From: an uncultured Collinsella sp.
GTDB lineage: Bacteria; Actinomycetota; Coriobacteriia; Coriobacteriales; Coriobacteriaceae
Reading direction: 5' to 3'
DNA length: 64,000 nt
Assembly (NCBI GenBank): GCA_958452935.1
Contig: CAUDVX010000003.1
Span: forward strand, 5,387-69,386
How positions within the stretch are numbered: position 1 is the stretch's first letter; each line of letters opens with the position of its first letter. Positions 19,718 to 29,761 of this stretch are shown here, in pieces. The position numbers and the translations under genes are program-made. The notes beneath the pieces are model-generated. The model was not told the DNA's origin. It did not search any database and saw nothing but the letters and a program-made list of their open reading frames with translations.

Positions 19718-19835
19718 GTATGAATTGACCTGCTGACTCCAATGAAGATTGGAGGGTAACTGCCAGGGGTGACGGCCCAGCGAGTGTTATTTTGCGAGCT
19801 ATGCGCATTGAAAGCGACGTTTCGTGGTATAAACT

Positions 19836-19968
19836 ACTTGCCGGAAGCCGCGGCTTTCAGAGTACGGCTTACGTGTACGTTTAACCTCCGTGGGCGACGG
19901 GGTGCCGCAAGGCGTAGAATATCGCCCACCTGTAGGGGCCTGCAGCGATGCGGGCCCCGCTTCGTATG
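19836..19968 (+). ncRNA. Putative type III antitoxin RNA (TenpI-like) with terminator-like hairpin
   Basis: Follows extended -10 TGGTATAAA; stems AAGCCG/CGGCTT and GTGGGCGA/TCGCCCAC; GGGGCC-TGCA-GCGA-TGCG-GGCCCC hairpin just before the toxin gene. Confidence 0.5.
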
Positions 19969-19983
19969 AAGGGGGCGTAACCG

Positions 19984-20433
19984 ATGAAGATCGTATCCAT
20001 CTCCCAGGACTTCTTCGACCTCGTCGAGGGCGACCGCGAGCTCATGCTTAAGCACAATCGCCCCTGCATCGTGGTGGTGAGGCTGCGTTTCCGCGGGAAG
20101 CGCAGGGACTTCGCTGTGCCGCTGCGTTCCAACATCGCCCCTAACGCGCCCAAAGACCAGTACTTTGCGTTGCCACCCCGCCCCACGACGCGCCCCGGCT
20201 GCCGCCACGGCATCCACTACATCAAGATGTTCCCCATAACCAAGGTCTACCAGCGCCGCTTCAGGACCGAGGGCTCGGCCTACTACGAGACGCTCCAGCG
20301 CATCATCGACGGCAACACCAAGCGCATCGTCTCCGAGTGCCAGGCATACCTCGACCGCTACGAGCGCGAGGGAAGGTCTCGCTTTGCCGTCGACATCGAC
20401 CGCATCGTGGGGCTGCTGGAGAGCGAGAAGTAG
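19984..20433 (+). CDS. Type III TA toxin, TenpN/ToxN-superfamily endoribonuclease
   Basis: 149 aa; RP...FAVPLRSNI and HGIHYIKMFPI motifs. Confidence 0.7.
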   Translation: MKIVSISQDFFDLVEGDRELMLKHNRPCIVVVRLRFRGKRRDFAVPLRSNIAPNAPKDQYFALPPRPTTRPGCRHGIHYIKMFPITKVYQRRFRTEGSAYYETLQRIIDGNTKRIVSECQAYLDRYEREGRSRFAVDIDRIVGLLESEK

Positions 20434-20608
20434 GGCACCTCGGCTCAGTCTCGAGCCATGCGGAGTCGCTCCGCATTTTTGAACGCCGCGTGTGCGTCCC
20501 AAATACTTGAGAAACAAGCTGTGAAGTGCGGTGGCGCGCCCGTGCCCGCGCGCAGCCATCTCCATCAGCGTTTACGGTGCACTACAACATCACGGGCAAA
20601 CCGCCTGA

Positions 20609-20830
20609 CAAGCCGAGCATCCTGATCGTTCCGTCTATGAGCTACGTTGCTGTGCGGGGCAAGGGCGATTCCAATGCCGAAGGCGGCGCATAGCAGAACG
20701 CGTTGCCGATGCTCTACGGCGTCGCATATACCATCAAGATTTCGAAGAGGGCCCGCGGGAAATCGAGGGCTATTTCGACTTCGTCGTGCCGCCGGTCGAG
20801 GGCTTCTGCCGACATGACATGGCTGGGGCT
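20609..20830 (+). pseudogene. GyrI-like small-molecule-binding protein remnant
   Basis: KPSILIVPSMSYVAVRGKGDSNAEGGA*QNALPMLYGVAYTIKISK, then a frameshift to IEGYFDFVVPPVEGF. Confidence 0.65.
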
Positions 20831-20890
20831 TACCCTCCGACGCGCCCTTGCGCATATTTCCTTATCGGTTTTGAAACCGAGAAAGAGCTG

Positions 20891-21455
20891 ATGATTGATT
20901 GGGTCGACCGCAATACGTACATGGAGCGGCTTTGGGCGATCGAGGACACCCGGGACATCAAGGTGATCACGGGGATGCGCCGCTCTGGTAGGTCCGAGCT
21001 TATGAAGACGTTCTCCGCCTCCGTTGCTCGGAGGGACCCATCCTCCAACAACGTCTACATCGATCTGCTGGACCTCGACTACGAGCCGCTGCTTGAGTAT
21101 CACACGCTGTATCACGAAATCATCGAGCGGCACAAAGAGGGCACCCGCAACCGTCTCTTCATCGACAAGGTGCAGCTGTGCGAGGGTTTCGAGAAAGCAA
21201 TTAACAGCATTCACGCACGTGGCGGATGGGATATCTACCTCACGGGATCGAACGCGTTCCTCCTGAGTTCGGACCTGGCAACCCTGTTCACAGGGCGCCA
21301 CGGGGAGGTACACATCCTCCCCTTCAGCTTCGGCGAATACCGCTCCTACTTCGACGAGCAGGGGGCCGTCGACGACGACTTCGACGGATTCATCAGGCGC
21401 GGCGGGCTCGCCGGGTCCTACGATTACGATGACATCTCGGAGTCGTACGGTTTCC
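20891..21455 (+). pseudogene. Truncated AAA_14 ATPase (N-terminal half)
   Basis: IKVITGMRRSGRS (Walker A K->R), FIDKVQ (Walker B E->K), YLTGSNAFLLS; truncated before DUF4143. Confidence 0.75.
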
Positions 21456-21488
21456 TTCGGCGCGGGCGGATCGGGACCGAGCGCCGAT

Positions 21489-22652
21489 CTAGAGGCACTC
21501 GGTCAGAATCTGGAACACCTCGCTGCGCTCCAGTTTCTTGGCGCAGCCGCCGGTGAGCACGCAGGTGTCCGCAACCTTGTGCAGCGTCTCGTCGGACGCG
21601 TCGGAGCCCATCTCGGCGAAGCTCGTGGGAAGCCCCATCTCGCCGATGAACGTCTGCAGGCGGTCGATGCCCTCGAGCGCCACCGTAAGGTCGTCTTTGC
21701 CCTTGGCGTCGACGTCCCACACCTCGCGCGCCCAGCGGGCGAACTGCGCGGGCGCCTCGGGGACCAGGTGGCGGTAGAGCGCAGGGTGGATGACCGCGAG
21801 GCCCATTCCGTGGTTGGTGTGGGTGTACGCGCCGTACTGGTGCTGGATCATGTGCGCCTGGAAGTCCGTTGACTTGCCGATCTTGAGCACGCCGTTCTCG
21901 GCCATGGCGGAGTCGTATACGAGCTCGCTTCTGGCATCGAGGTTCTGGTCGTCGTCCGCGATGAGGCACATGTTGCGGATGACGTTACGCTGGATGGCGA
22001 GGTTGATGTCGTCGGTGACATTGCGCCCGCGCGGGCTTCCGAAATAGCTCTCCATGCAGTGCGAGAGCGTGTCGAACGCGCAGCTCATGAACTGCGCGTG
22101 CGGTACGGTGAGCGTGAGCGCCGGGTCGAGCGCCGCCCACATGGGCATCGCCCCCAGATAGGCGCCCTTCACGTGCGTCTCCTCGTTGGTGATGACGGCG
22201 CCGTTGTTCTGCTCGGCACCCGTGCCGGAGAGCGTAACGATGCAGCCCATGGGGATGAACGAACTCGGCATCTTGCCGTCGGCGTGCTCGAACGTCTCGA
22301 TGTCCTTGTCAAGCATCGCCTGCGCGGAGATCACCTTGCAGCAGTCGAAGACCGATCCGCCGCCGACGGCGAGAATGAAGTCGACCTGCTCCTCGCGTGC
22401 GAGCGCGGCGCCTTCCTGGCACTTCTCGTAGGTCGGATTGGGCATGATGCCGCCGAAGTCCACCACGCGCTTGCCCGCGCTCGTGAGCTTGTCGACCACG
22501 TGGCCGTAGACGCCGGTTCGTTTGACCGAGCCTCCGCCGTAGGCGAGCATCACTGTCTTGCCCATGGCACCCATCTCGGCGTCGAGTGCCTGGTCCATGG
22601 CCCCCTCGCCGAAGTAGTTCCTGACCGGGTAGTCGTACGTGAATGAGTTCAT
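21489..22652 (-). CDS. Iron-containing alcohol dehydrogenase (BdhA/YqhD-like)
   Basis: YGGGS, AVGGGSVFDCCK, DTLSHCME, HMIQH...HGMGLA. Confidence 0.9.
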   Translation of the reverse strand: MNSFTYDYPVRNYFGEGAMDQALDAEMGAMGKTVMLAYGGGSVKRTGVYGHVVDKLTSAGKRVVDFGGIMPNPTYEKCQEGAALAREEQVDFILAVGGGSVFDCCKVISAQAMLDKDIETFEHADGKMPSSFIPMGCIVTLSGTGAEQNNGAVITNEETHVKGAYLGAMPMWAALDPALTLTVPHAQFMSCAFDTLSHCMESYFGSPRGRNVTDDINLAIQRNVIRNMCLIADDDQNLDARSELVYDSAMAENGVLKIGKSTDFQAHMIQHQYGAYTHTNHGMGLAVIHPALYRHLVPEAPAQFARWAREVWDVDAKGKDDLTVALEGIDRLQTFIGEMGLPTSFAEMGSDASDETLHKVADTCVLTGGCAKKLERSEVFQILTECL

Positions 22653-22693
22653 GGCAATTCCTCCTAGTAAGTTATCAGCGCTCTGACGCTCGT

Positions 22694-23545
22694 CTACACG
22701 TTGCGCACGAGCCCGGACATCCATTCGATGGTGGCGGGGTCGTGGTGGTCGAAGAACGCGCTGCGCCCGGTGTCGAGCGCGGCGATGGCGACCATCTCGT
22801 CGTCGCCCAGCGCGAAGTCGAAGACGTCGAAGTTCTGCTCCATGCGATGGCGGTGCGTGCTCTTAGGGATGCAGACCACACCGCGCTGCAGCAGCCAGCG
22901 CAACACGACCTGGGCGACCGTCTTGCCGTGCGCCTCGCCGATGCGAGCGAGGGCCTCGTTGCGGAAGAGGTCGTTTCTGCCCTCCGCAAAGGGCGCCCAG
23001 CCCTCCATGGCTACCTCCTTGCCGGCCATGTACTCCTGCGCCTCGCGCTGCTGGAAGAACACGTTGCACTCGACTTGGTTCACGGCGGGGGCGATGCGGT
23101 TGAACGAGATGAGGTTTGCGAGGTGATCGGGGTAGAAGTTAGCTGTACCTATGGCGCGGATAACGCCCTGCTCGTAGAGCTCCTCCATGGCGCGCCACGC
23201 GCCGAAGACGTCGCCGAACGGCTGATGGATGAGGTAGAGGTCGACGTAGTCGAGCCCCAGCCGCTTGAGCGACGCGTCGAAGCCGCGCTTGGCCCCCTCG
23301 TAGCTCACATCCGACATCCACAGCTTGGTCGTCACGAACACCTCGTCGCGCGGCAGGCCGCTCGCACGAATGGCGGCCCCGACCGCCTCTTCGTTGCCGT
23401 AGCTCGCGGCCGTGTCGAGCAGCCGGTAGCCGGCCGAGAGCGCGTCCTCCACGGCGCGCTGGCATTCCGCGGCGTTTGGGATCTGATATACGCCGAAGCC
23501 GAGCTGCGGCATCCTGACGCCGTTGTTCAAGGTGATGTAGTCCAT
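22694..23545 (-). CDS. Aldo/keto reductase (2,5-DKG reductase-like)
   Basis: [35 protein letters not shown]. Confidence 0.92.
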   Translation of the reverse strand: MDYITLNNGVRMPQLGFGVYQIPNAAECQRAVEDALSAGYRLLDTAASYGNEEAVGAAIRASGLPRDEVFVTTKLWMSDVSYEGAKRGFDASLKRLGLDYVDLYLIHQPFGDVFGAWRAMEELYEQGVIRAIGTANFYPDHLANLISFNRIAPAVNQVECNVFFQQREAQEYMAGKEVAMEGWAPFAEGRNDLFRNEALARIGEAHGKTVAQVVLRWLLQRGVVCIPKSTHRHRMEQNFDVFDFALGDDEMVAIAALDTGRSAFFDHHDPATIEWMSGLVRNV

Positions 23546-23832
23546 GGTGCCTTCCTTTCTCGCAACTTGACGTATCCACCATACGAGGGGCGCCGCGCCG
23601 GCGGAAGTTTCCGTTGGTGAGGGTTCTATAACGCTGGGGTGCGCACGGGGTTATAACCCGCGGGTTCAGGGCACCGCACCAAAGGGGGATTCCGCCGAGC
23701 GCTCCGCGGTCGTACGCTTGGCGATGAGAGAGAACAAGCCACCGACAGGGGATGTGCCTAACGGAGCTCGATGAACGGGCGGACGTGGGTGTCGCAAACA
23801 AATGACGGATATCATAGACAGGGAGAACAGGA

Positions 23833-24822
23833 ATGGACAAGCGCGTTTTGGGAAAGAGCGGCATCGAAGTCAGCCCGCTCGGCATGGGCTGCATGGGAAT
23901 CACGCACGCGAGCGGAGACCCGATGCCCGACGACGAGGCCGTGAGCGTCGTCCGTCAGGCCCACGAGATGGGCTATACCTTCTTTGACACGGCGGAGTGC
24001 TACGTTGGCACGTGCGCCGACGGGACCGAGGCGCACAACGAGGACGTGGTGGGCAAGGCGCTCGCGCCCGTGCGCGACGAGGTTGTCATTGCCACCAAGT
24101 TCGGCGTCACGCACGCCCCGGACAAGACCATCCTCGTGGACTCGCGCCCCGAGGTTATCCGCATCTCGGTGGAGAAGAGCCTGCGCCGGCTGCGTACCGA
24201 CCACATCGACCTCTACTACCAGCACCGAATCGACCCAAAGGTCGAGCCCGAGGTCGTTGCAGACACCATGGCAGACCTCATCAAGGAAGGTAAGATCCGC
24301 GCCTGGGGAATCTCCGAGGCGACGGAGGAGTACCTGCGTCGCGCCGATGCGGTGTGCCCCGTCTCCGCCGTCCAGAACCGCTACTCCATGATGGCGCGCT
24401 GGAACGAATCCCTGTTCCCCGTGCTCGAGGAGCTGAACGTTGCCCTCGTGGCATTCTCTCCCATGGCGAACGGCTTTCTGACGGGCGCGTACAGTCATAA
24501 CACCCGCTTCGAGGGCGCCCAAGACTACCGCGATGGCATGCCGCAGTACACAGAGGAAGGCGAAAGGCGCGCTGAGCCCCTCATGCGGTTCGTTCGCGAG
24601 CTGGCTGAGCTGCACGCGGCGACGCCCGCCCAGGTCTCCCTTTCCTGGATGCTCGAGAAGAAGCCCTATATCATTCCCATCCCGGGCAGTCGCAAGCCCG
24701 AACGACTGCTCGAGAACCTCGGTGCCGCCGAGGTCGGGCTCACCGACGATGAGGTTGCCAAGATCGACGGGCTGCTCAACGGACTCGACCTCATGGTCTT
24801 CGGCGGGCACACGGTAAGGTAG
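23833..24822 (+). CDS. Aldo/keto reductase
   Basis: LGMGCMG, FDTAECY, IATKFG, LYYQHRID, IPIPGS. Confidence 0.92.
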   Translation: MDKRVLGKSGIEVSPLGMGCMGITHASGDPMPDDEAVSVVRQAHEMGYTFFDTAECYVGTCADGTEAHNEDVVGKALAPVRDEVVIATKFGVTHAPDKTILVDSRPEVIRISVEKSLRRLRTDHIDLYYQHRIDPKVEPEVVADTMADLIKEGKIRAWGISEATEEYLRRADAVCPVSAVQNRYSMMARWNESLFPVLEELNVALVAFSPMANGFLTGAYSHNTRFEGAQDYRDGMPQYTEEGERRAEPLMRFVRELAELHAATPAQVSLSWMLEKKPYIIPIPGSRKPERLLENLGAAEVGLTDDEVAKIDGLLNGLDLMVFGGHTVR

Positions 24823-24828
24823 GGAGCC

Positions 24829-25536
24829 ATGAACATTAGACCCTATGTCGTCTGTCATGTCTTTGCCGGGCTCAACGGGCGTATCGACGGCGCGTACATG
24901 CTCGACCCCGCCGCCTCGCCCGCACGCGCCGCGTACTCTCGCATGCAGGTCGAGTTCGGGGCGGACGCCGTGGCGTACGGGGCCGTGACCACGAAGGGCT
25001 TCGTCGGGTCGCGCCCCCTTGCGCTCGATACCCACGGGAGCGCGCCCAAGGAGGACTTCGTGGCGCCTCATGACGAACGATCGTTCTACGTCTCCGTCGA
25101 CCCCGCCGGGGAGATTGCATGGGAGTCTGCGACCTATCGTCGCGCCGGCCGTGCGGACGCGCACGTCATCGAGATCCTCACCGAGGCGGCATCGCCGGCG
25201 TATCGCGACTATCTGCGAGAGTGCGGCGTCTCATACGTGCTTGCCGGCTCGCGCGGGCTAGACCTCCCGCTCGCCCTGCGCAAGCTGCGCGAGCTTTTTG
25301 GCATCGAGCGCCTGCTCGTGTGCGGCGGCGGAAAGACGGACATGTCGTTTCTTGCCGCGGGCGTGCTTGACGAGCTGAGCCTCGTTCTCTCCCCGACGGT
25401 CTCGGGGGAGCCCGAAACGGCTTCCGTCTTCGACGAGATGCCTCGCTCAGCCGGCGGTTCGCACGTATTCTCGCTTGAGCGCGTCGAGCGCCTTGCCGGC
25501 GACGGCCTCCACCTCGTCTATCGAGTGCGGCGATGA
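24829..25536 (+). CDS. RibD C-terminal/dihydrofolate-reductase-family protein
   Basis: RPYVVCH...LNGRIDG; LLVCGGG; FLAAGVLDELSLVLSP. Confidence 0.8.
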   Translation: MNIRPYVVCHVFAGLNGRIDGAYMLDPAASPARAAYSRMQVEFGADAVAYGAVTTKGFVGSRPLALDTHGSAPKEDFVAPHDERSFYVSVDPAGEIAWESATYRRAGRADAHVIEILTEAASPAYRDYLRECGVSYVLAGSRGLDLPLALRKLRELFGIERLLVCGGGKTDMSFLAAGVLDELSLVLSPTVSGEPETASVFDEMPRSAGGSHVFSLERVERLAGDGLHLVYRVRR

Positions 25537-26534
25537 TGCCGCGCCGTTCGTTTCTGGAGGCTGCCGTGTGGTTGGCCGCTGCGGGCAGCCTTGCCGGCTG
25601 CTCGTCGGACGGGACCGCCGGGTTCGCGCGCGGCTCCGCTCCGGGCCCGGTCACGGCGGACACGCCCATCTACGACGTCATCAACAACCCTTTGCTCGAT
25701 GGCTACGGACGGCTGCTCTTCCCCACAACGCTCCATCCGCCGACGGAGGATATGACGCTCGATGACCTTTCCGCTTGCCTGCCGTGGTACTCGGAAATCC
25801 ATACGAGCACCACGGTCGACGTCGTCAGCTATCTGCTGTCAGAGCGCGCAGCGGAACGGACGTTCTTCTACGACATCTACACGGATGCCGAGAAGGCCGC
25901 CGACCCCTCGCTCGCCAACACGGGGCTCTTCCGCTTCGCTGCCGAGGGAGCGGGCGGCGCGTCTGCACCGTTTGCCGTGGTAAGCGCGGGCGGCGGATTC
26001 GCCTACGTCGCTGCCATGCACGACTCCTTCCCGCACTGTCTGCACCTGGCCCGTTCCGGCGTCAACGGGTTCGCGGTCATCTATCGGCCGGACGCGCAGC
26101 TCGCCTGCGAGGACTTGGCCCGCGCCGTCTCCTTCATCTTCGAGCACGCCGACGAGCTCAGCGTGGACACGTCGGGCTATTCGCTGTGGGGCGGCTCGGC
26201 CGGTGCGCGCATGGCGGCATGGGTCGGCGGCTACGGCCCGGCCGCCTTTGGCGCGCCGGCAGGAACGCCCCAGCCCGCGGCGGCCATCATGCAGTACACC
26301 GGCATGAGCGAACTGACGGGTGCCGACCCCGCGACCTACGCCTGCGTGGGTGATCGCGACGGCATCGCGAGCTGGCGCACCATGCAGGCGCGTCTCGAAG
26401 CGCTCTCAGCAACGGGCGTGCCCACGGAGTTTCATGTTTACGAAGGCCTGAGCCACGGCTTTGGCCTGGGTGTCGACACCGTGGCAGAGGGCTGGATCGA
26501 CGATGCCCTCGCGTTTTGGAAGGCGCAGCGATGA
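25533..26534 (+). CDS. Tat-type lipoprotein, alpha/beta hydrolase
   Basis: RRSFL...LAGC; GGGF oxyanion motif, GGSAG nucleophile, HGFG. Confidence 0.8.
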   Translation: MMPRRSFLEAAVWLAAAGSLAGCSSDGTAGFARGSAPGPVTADTPIYDVINNPLLDGYGRLLFPTTLHPPTEDMTLDDLSACLPWYSEIHTSTTVDVVSYLLSERAAERTFFYDIYTDAEKAADPSLANTGLFRFAAEGAGGASAPFAVVSAGGGFAYVAAMHDSFPHCLHLARSGVNGFAVIYRPDAQLACEDLARAVSFIFEHADELSVDTSGYSLWGGSAGARMAAWVGGYGPAAFGAPAGTPQPAAAIMQYTGMSELTGADPATYACVGDRDGIASWRTMQARLEALSATGVPTEFHVYEGLSHGFGLGVDTVAEGWIDDALAFWKAQR

Positions 26535-26652
26535 GGATGGCAAGACGTACACACCCCACGGTTATAAGCTGCCTACGAGCAGGAACTTCTCGCCGGATCT
26601 TCTCACGCCTATGGTAAAGGCGGTATCAGACAATACGTAAGGAGTGAGACGT

Positions 26653-27102
26653 ATGATTCTCTTCATCAACGGAAGCCCCAACAAGGATGGCAACACGGCG
26701 CGCCTGGCGCGCGAGCTCATCGGCGATCGCCCGTACGAGCAGCTGAATCTTGCCGAGCACAAGGTCTACGGCTACGGCCAGAGCTACGGCGACGATGACT
26801 TCGAGGACGTGCTCGCGCGCATCGAGGCGGCGGACACCCTGGTCGTGGGGTCGCCCGTCTACTGGCACAGCCTCTCCGGCATGCTGCGTAACCTGCTCGA
26901 CCGCTTCTACGGTCCGGTGCGCGAGGGCAGTATGAGCGGCAAGACGCTCTATTTCGTGTTCCAAGGTGGCGCGCCCACGCGCGAGATGCTCGATTGGGGC
27001 GAGTACACCATGAAGCGCTTCGCCGCGCTCTACGGCATGACCTACGGCGGCATGGTCAACAACACGCACGAGGCAAGGGCGCTCTCGAAGAAGCTCGCGT
27101 AG
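26653..27102 (+). CDS. Flavodoxin-like NADPH-dependent FMN reductase
   Basis: INGSPNKDGNT, GSPVYW, LLDRF. Confidence 0.85.
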   Translation: MILFINGSPNKDGNTARLARELIGDRPYEQLNLAEHKVYGYGQSYGDDDFEDVLARIEAADTLVVGSPVYWHSLSGMLRNLLDRFYGPVREGSMSGKTLYFVFQGGAPTREMLDWGEYTMKRFAALYGMTYGGMVNNTHEARALSKKLA

Positions 27103-27338
27103 TCCCGACTTGCGTAACCCAGTTCGGCGGCGGTGGGCCCGTGAAGACGGAGGCCCACCGCCCCTTTTCGTTCGCCAAGTGTATGATCGGACGTATGATC
27201 GGACGGGCGCTGCGGACGACTACCTGCATGAGCAGGACGCCCAGAAACGCGAAAACATCTGAACCACAAGCAGGGTCGCAAGGACTATGTCGACCGTGCG
27301 GCGCAGCGCCCTTCTCGTCAGTCCCTTTATTCTCCGCG

Positions 27339-28190
27339 TCATGAGAACAGCCATCCCATGATGTCCTCGTCACGGGCAAAGAGGTAGCCGCCCGCTCCGT
27401 GCTGGCCCGCGTCCGCAGCAAAGCCCCGCTCGGTGAAGTAGCTCGTGGGCTTGACATCGAGCACCACCAGCTCGCTGATGCGCTCCTCGGAAAGCCTGCG
27501 AGCTCGATAGGCGGCGCGAATCTCCTCGTACGCCTCGCGCGCGGGTCCGGAGCCGTAATAGTCATCGTTCTCGCCGATAGCCATATACGCGGGAACCTCG
27601 GCTGCGGCGAGCGTCTCGATGTCGCCGTCCCAGCGCGAGATGGTGTGAAGCGCGCGTCGGTAGAGCTCGGGGCGTGTTCCCAAGACGATGGAGATGGTCT
27701 CGCCGCCGCCCGAGCATCCGCTCAGGTACACGTGGTCCGCATCGATGCTGTAGGCACCGAGCAGCCATTCGGTGAGCTCCACCACGTCTGACGCCGATTG
27801 CTCGTCCCAGTCGTCGAGCTGGGGCGAGGCCACGATCATGTCGGCGATGTAGTCGTTCGCCACGAAGGGGTAGTCCTCCTGAAGATTCGCCCCCACGCCC
27901 TGGAAGTAGAGCCCCTCCCAGCCGGGGCAGGCCACGTAGAGCGCATAGGGCGCGGACCCGTCATAGGAGTCCGGTACATGGAGCGAGAAGTGCAGCGTCC
28001 TGCCCGATGGCGTCTGCAGGGCGTCGTCAACGACGAAGCCGCGGTCTGTCTGCGACCCCTCCGTGAGGACGTAGCCGCCAAGCTCACGGACATCCGCGCA
28101 GCCGACCAGGCCTTCCCCGAGTACCAGCCCGCCCGCAGCGAGCGCGGCAGCCTCGATAAAGGACCTGCGTGAAAGATGGCTCACGTGCAT
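27339..28190 (-). CDS. Tat-type lipoprotein, predicted peptidase/esterase (alpha/beta hydrolase)
   Basis: SRRSFI...LVGC; VYLSGCSGGG; GENDDYYG. Confidence 0.75.
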   Translation of the reverse strand: MHVSHLSRRSFIEAAALAAGGLVLGEGLVGCADVRELGGYVLTEGSQTDRGFVVDDALQTPSGRTLHFSLHVPDSYDGSAPYALYVACPGWEGLYFQGVGANLQEDYPFVANDYIADMIVASPQLDDWDEQSASDVVELTEWLLGAYSIDADHVYLSGCSGGGETISIVLGTRPELYRRALHTISRWDGDIETLAAAEVPAYMAIGENDDYYGSGPAREAYEEIRAAYRARRLSEERISELVVLDVKPTSYFTERGFAADAGQHGAGGYLFARDEDIMGWLFS

Positions 28191-28251
28191 AGTTCCTCTT
28201 TCTGAATGAACCAAGCCGAAGCCGCAGGCTTTCGGCTTGGCGAGAAGCGCA

Positions 28252-29046
28252 TCAGCGGCCGCTGTTGGCCTCTTGCAGCTCGGCAAGGGTCACGTGCTCG
28301 TTGCGGAAGCGTGCCGCGGGATTCTTGTCGCCCGCCGCGCAGGTGATGGCGTGCGCGGGACAGGCGTGCATGCAGGCGAGGCAGGCGTTGCAGCCAAAGC
28401 CCGCCTGCGCGTTACGGACAGCCTTGCCGCCCTCGAGTGCGATGCAACCAGTCGGGCACACCTTTGCGCACGCCCCACATCCCACGCACTTCTCGGAATC
28501 AACGGTCAGGAATCCGCCCAGCATCGCCGGCTCGAAGCGCAAGCCCCAGCTCATGAACTGCTCGTGGGCAGCGCGATCCTCGTCGGTCACCGGCTCGAGC
28601 CACTGGCGGCGCGCCGCAACGTCCGCGCGGATGCGCGCAAGGTTCTCGCCGATCTTCTTCTCGGGAATGCGGGCGCGCTGCTCGTCCATGTCGAAGTTGG
28701 GCAGCCAGTTGTCCACCATGAGGAGTGTGGTTGCGTAGGCAGGGTTGAGCCCCGCCGCCCGCGCGTCCTCCAGGCACAGCTCGACGGCATTGGCGTGCCG
28801 GTTGCCGTAGGTGCAAACGAAGTAGAGGTAGGGCGTGTCGAGCGTCGCGCGCTCGAGGAACGTCTTCACCATGTCGGGCATCATGTGCCCGTAGATGGGG
28901 TACACGATGCCAATCGTATCGTCCGCGTAGGCGAGCTCGCCCTCGCGGCGCAGCTCCTGCGGGATGCTCAGGACCCTCTCGCCCTCCGCGGCCAGCTCGC
29001 GCGCCACGTAGAGGCAGTTGCCCGTCCCGGTGAAGTATAGGATCAT
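28252..29046 (-). CDS. EFR1-family flavodoxin-ferredoxin fusion
   Basis: YFTGTGNC N-terminus; CVGCGACAKVCP and CNACLACMHACP. Confidence 0.85.
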   Translation of the reverse strand: MILYFTGTGNCLYVARELAAEGERVLSIPQELRREGELAYADDTIGIVYPIYGHMMPDMVKTFLERATLDTPYLYFVCTYGNRHANAVELCLEDARAAGLNPAYATTLLMVDNWLPNFDMDEQRARIPEKKIGENLARIRADVAARRQWLEPVTDEDRAAHEQFMSWGLRFEPAMLGGFLTVDSEKCVGCGACAKVCPTGCIALEGGKAVRNAQAGFGCNACLACMHACPAHAITCAAGDKNPAARFRNEHVTLAELQEANSGR

Positions 29047-29088
29047 TCGAAACTCCCAGATTGTCAGCGGTCTGTCATCTCTAATTGC

Positions 29089-29715
29089 TTATGCCAGGCC
29101 GAGACCGGCGACCCAATCACGAACCCCGGACTCGTCCACACTGGACGAGAAGCGCTGGCCCTCCTGCCACTCCCCGCTGCCCGCAGCCTCGGCGAGTAGC
29201 TCGCCGCTCCGGCCAAGACTCGAGGAGGAAGAGGTGCAGAACGGGAGCACCGTCTTGCCGTCCCAGTCGTTGCCTGAGATGAAGTTGTCGATGGGCCAGG
29301 CCGCGATGCCCCACCAGATGGGATACCCCACGAGCACGGTGTCGTAGTTCTCCCAACCGTCCGGCGTGACCTGCGTAAGCTCGACGTCGCGCAGGCTCTC
29401 GTCCTCGTGCTCGCGGGTCACGCGGCTACTGTCGTCGGTCCAGTCGAGGTCATCGCCGGAGTAGGGCTCCGTAGGCGTCACCTTAAAGAGATCGGCGCCG
29501 AGCTCGTCGGCGATGGTCTGAGCTACGGCAGCGGTGTGGCCCTGTGCCGAGTAGTAGGCCACGAGGACGTTGCCGCCTGCAGCGGGCGCGGCGGCGGGCT
29601 GGTCCTCGGCGGCGGCTTGGTCGCCGTCACCCTGGCTGCAACCGGAGAGCATCGTTGCGCACAGCGCGGCTCCGAGCAGAAAGTTTCTTCTGGTCACGGT
29701 CGGGTTTGCGGTCAT
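29089..29715 (-). CDS. Tat-type lipoprotein flavodoxin
   Basis: TRRNFL...LSGC; VAYYSAQGHT; GYPIWWG; PFCTSSSS. Confidence 0.85.
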   Translation of the reverse strand: MTANPTVTRRNFLLGAALCATMLSGCSQGDGDQAAAEDQPAAAPAAGGNVLVAYYSAQGHTAAVAQTIADELGADLFKVTPTEPYSGDDLDWTDDSSRVTREHEDESLRDVELTQVTPDGWENYDTVLVGYPIWWGIAAWPIDNFISGNDWDGKTVLPFCTSSSSSLGRSGELLAEAAGSGEWQEGQRFSSSVDESGVRDWVAGLGLA

Positions 29716-29761
29716 GGGGCATCTCCTTCGTTGGCTTGGTTGGTCCGTTATCGTCTGAGCG

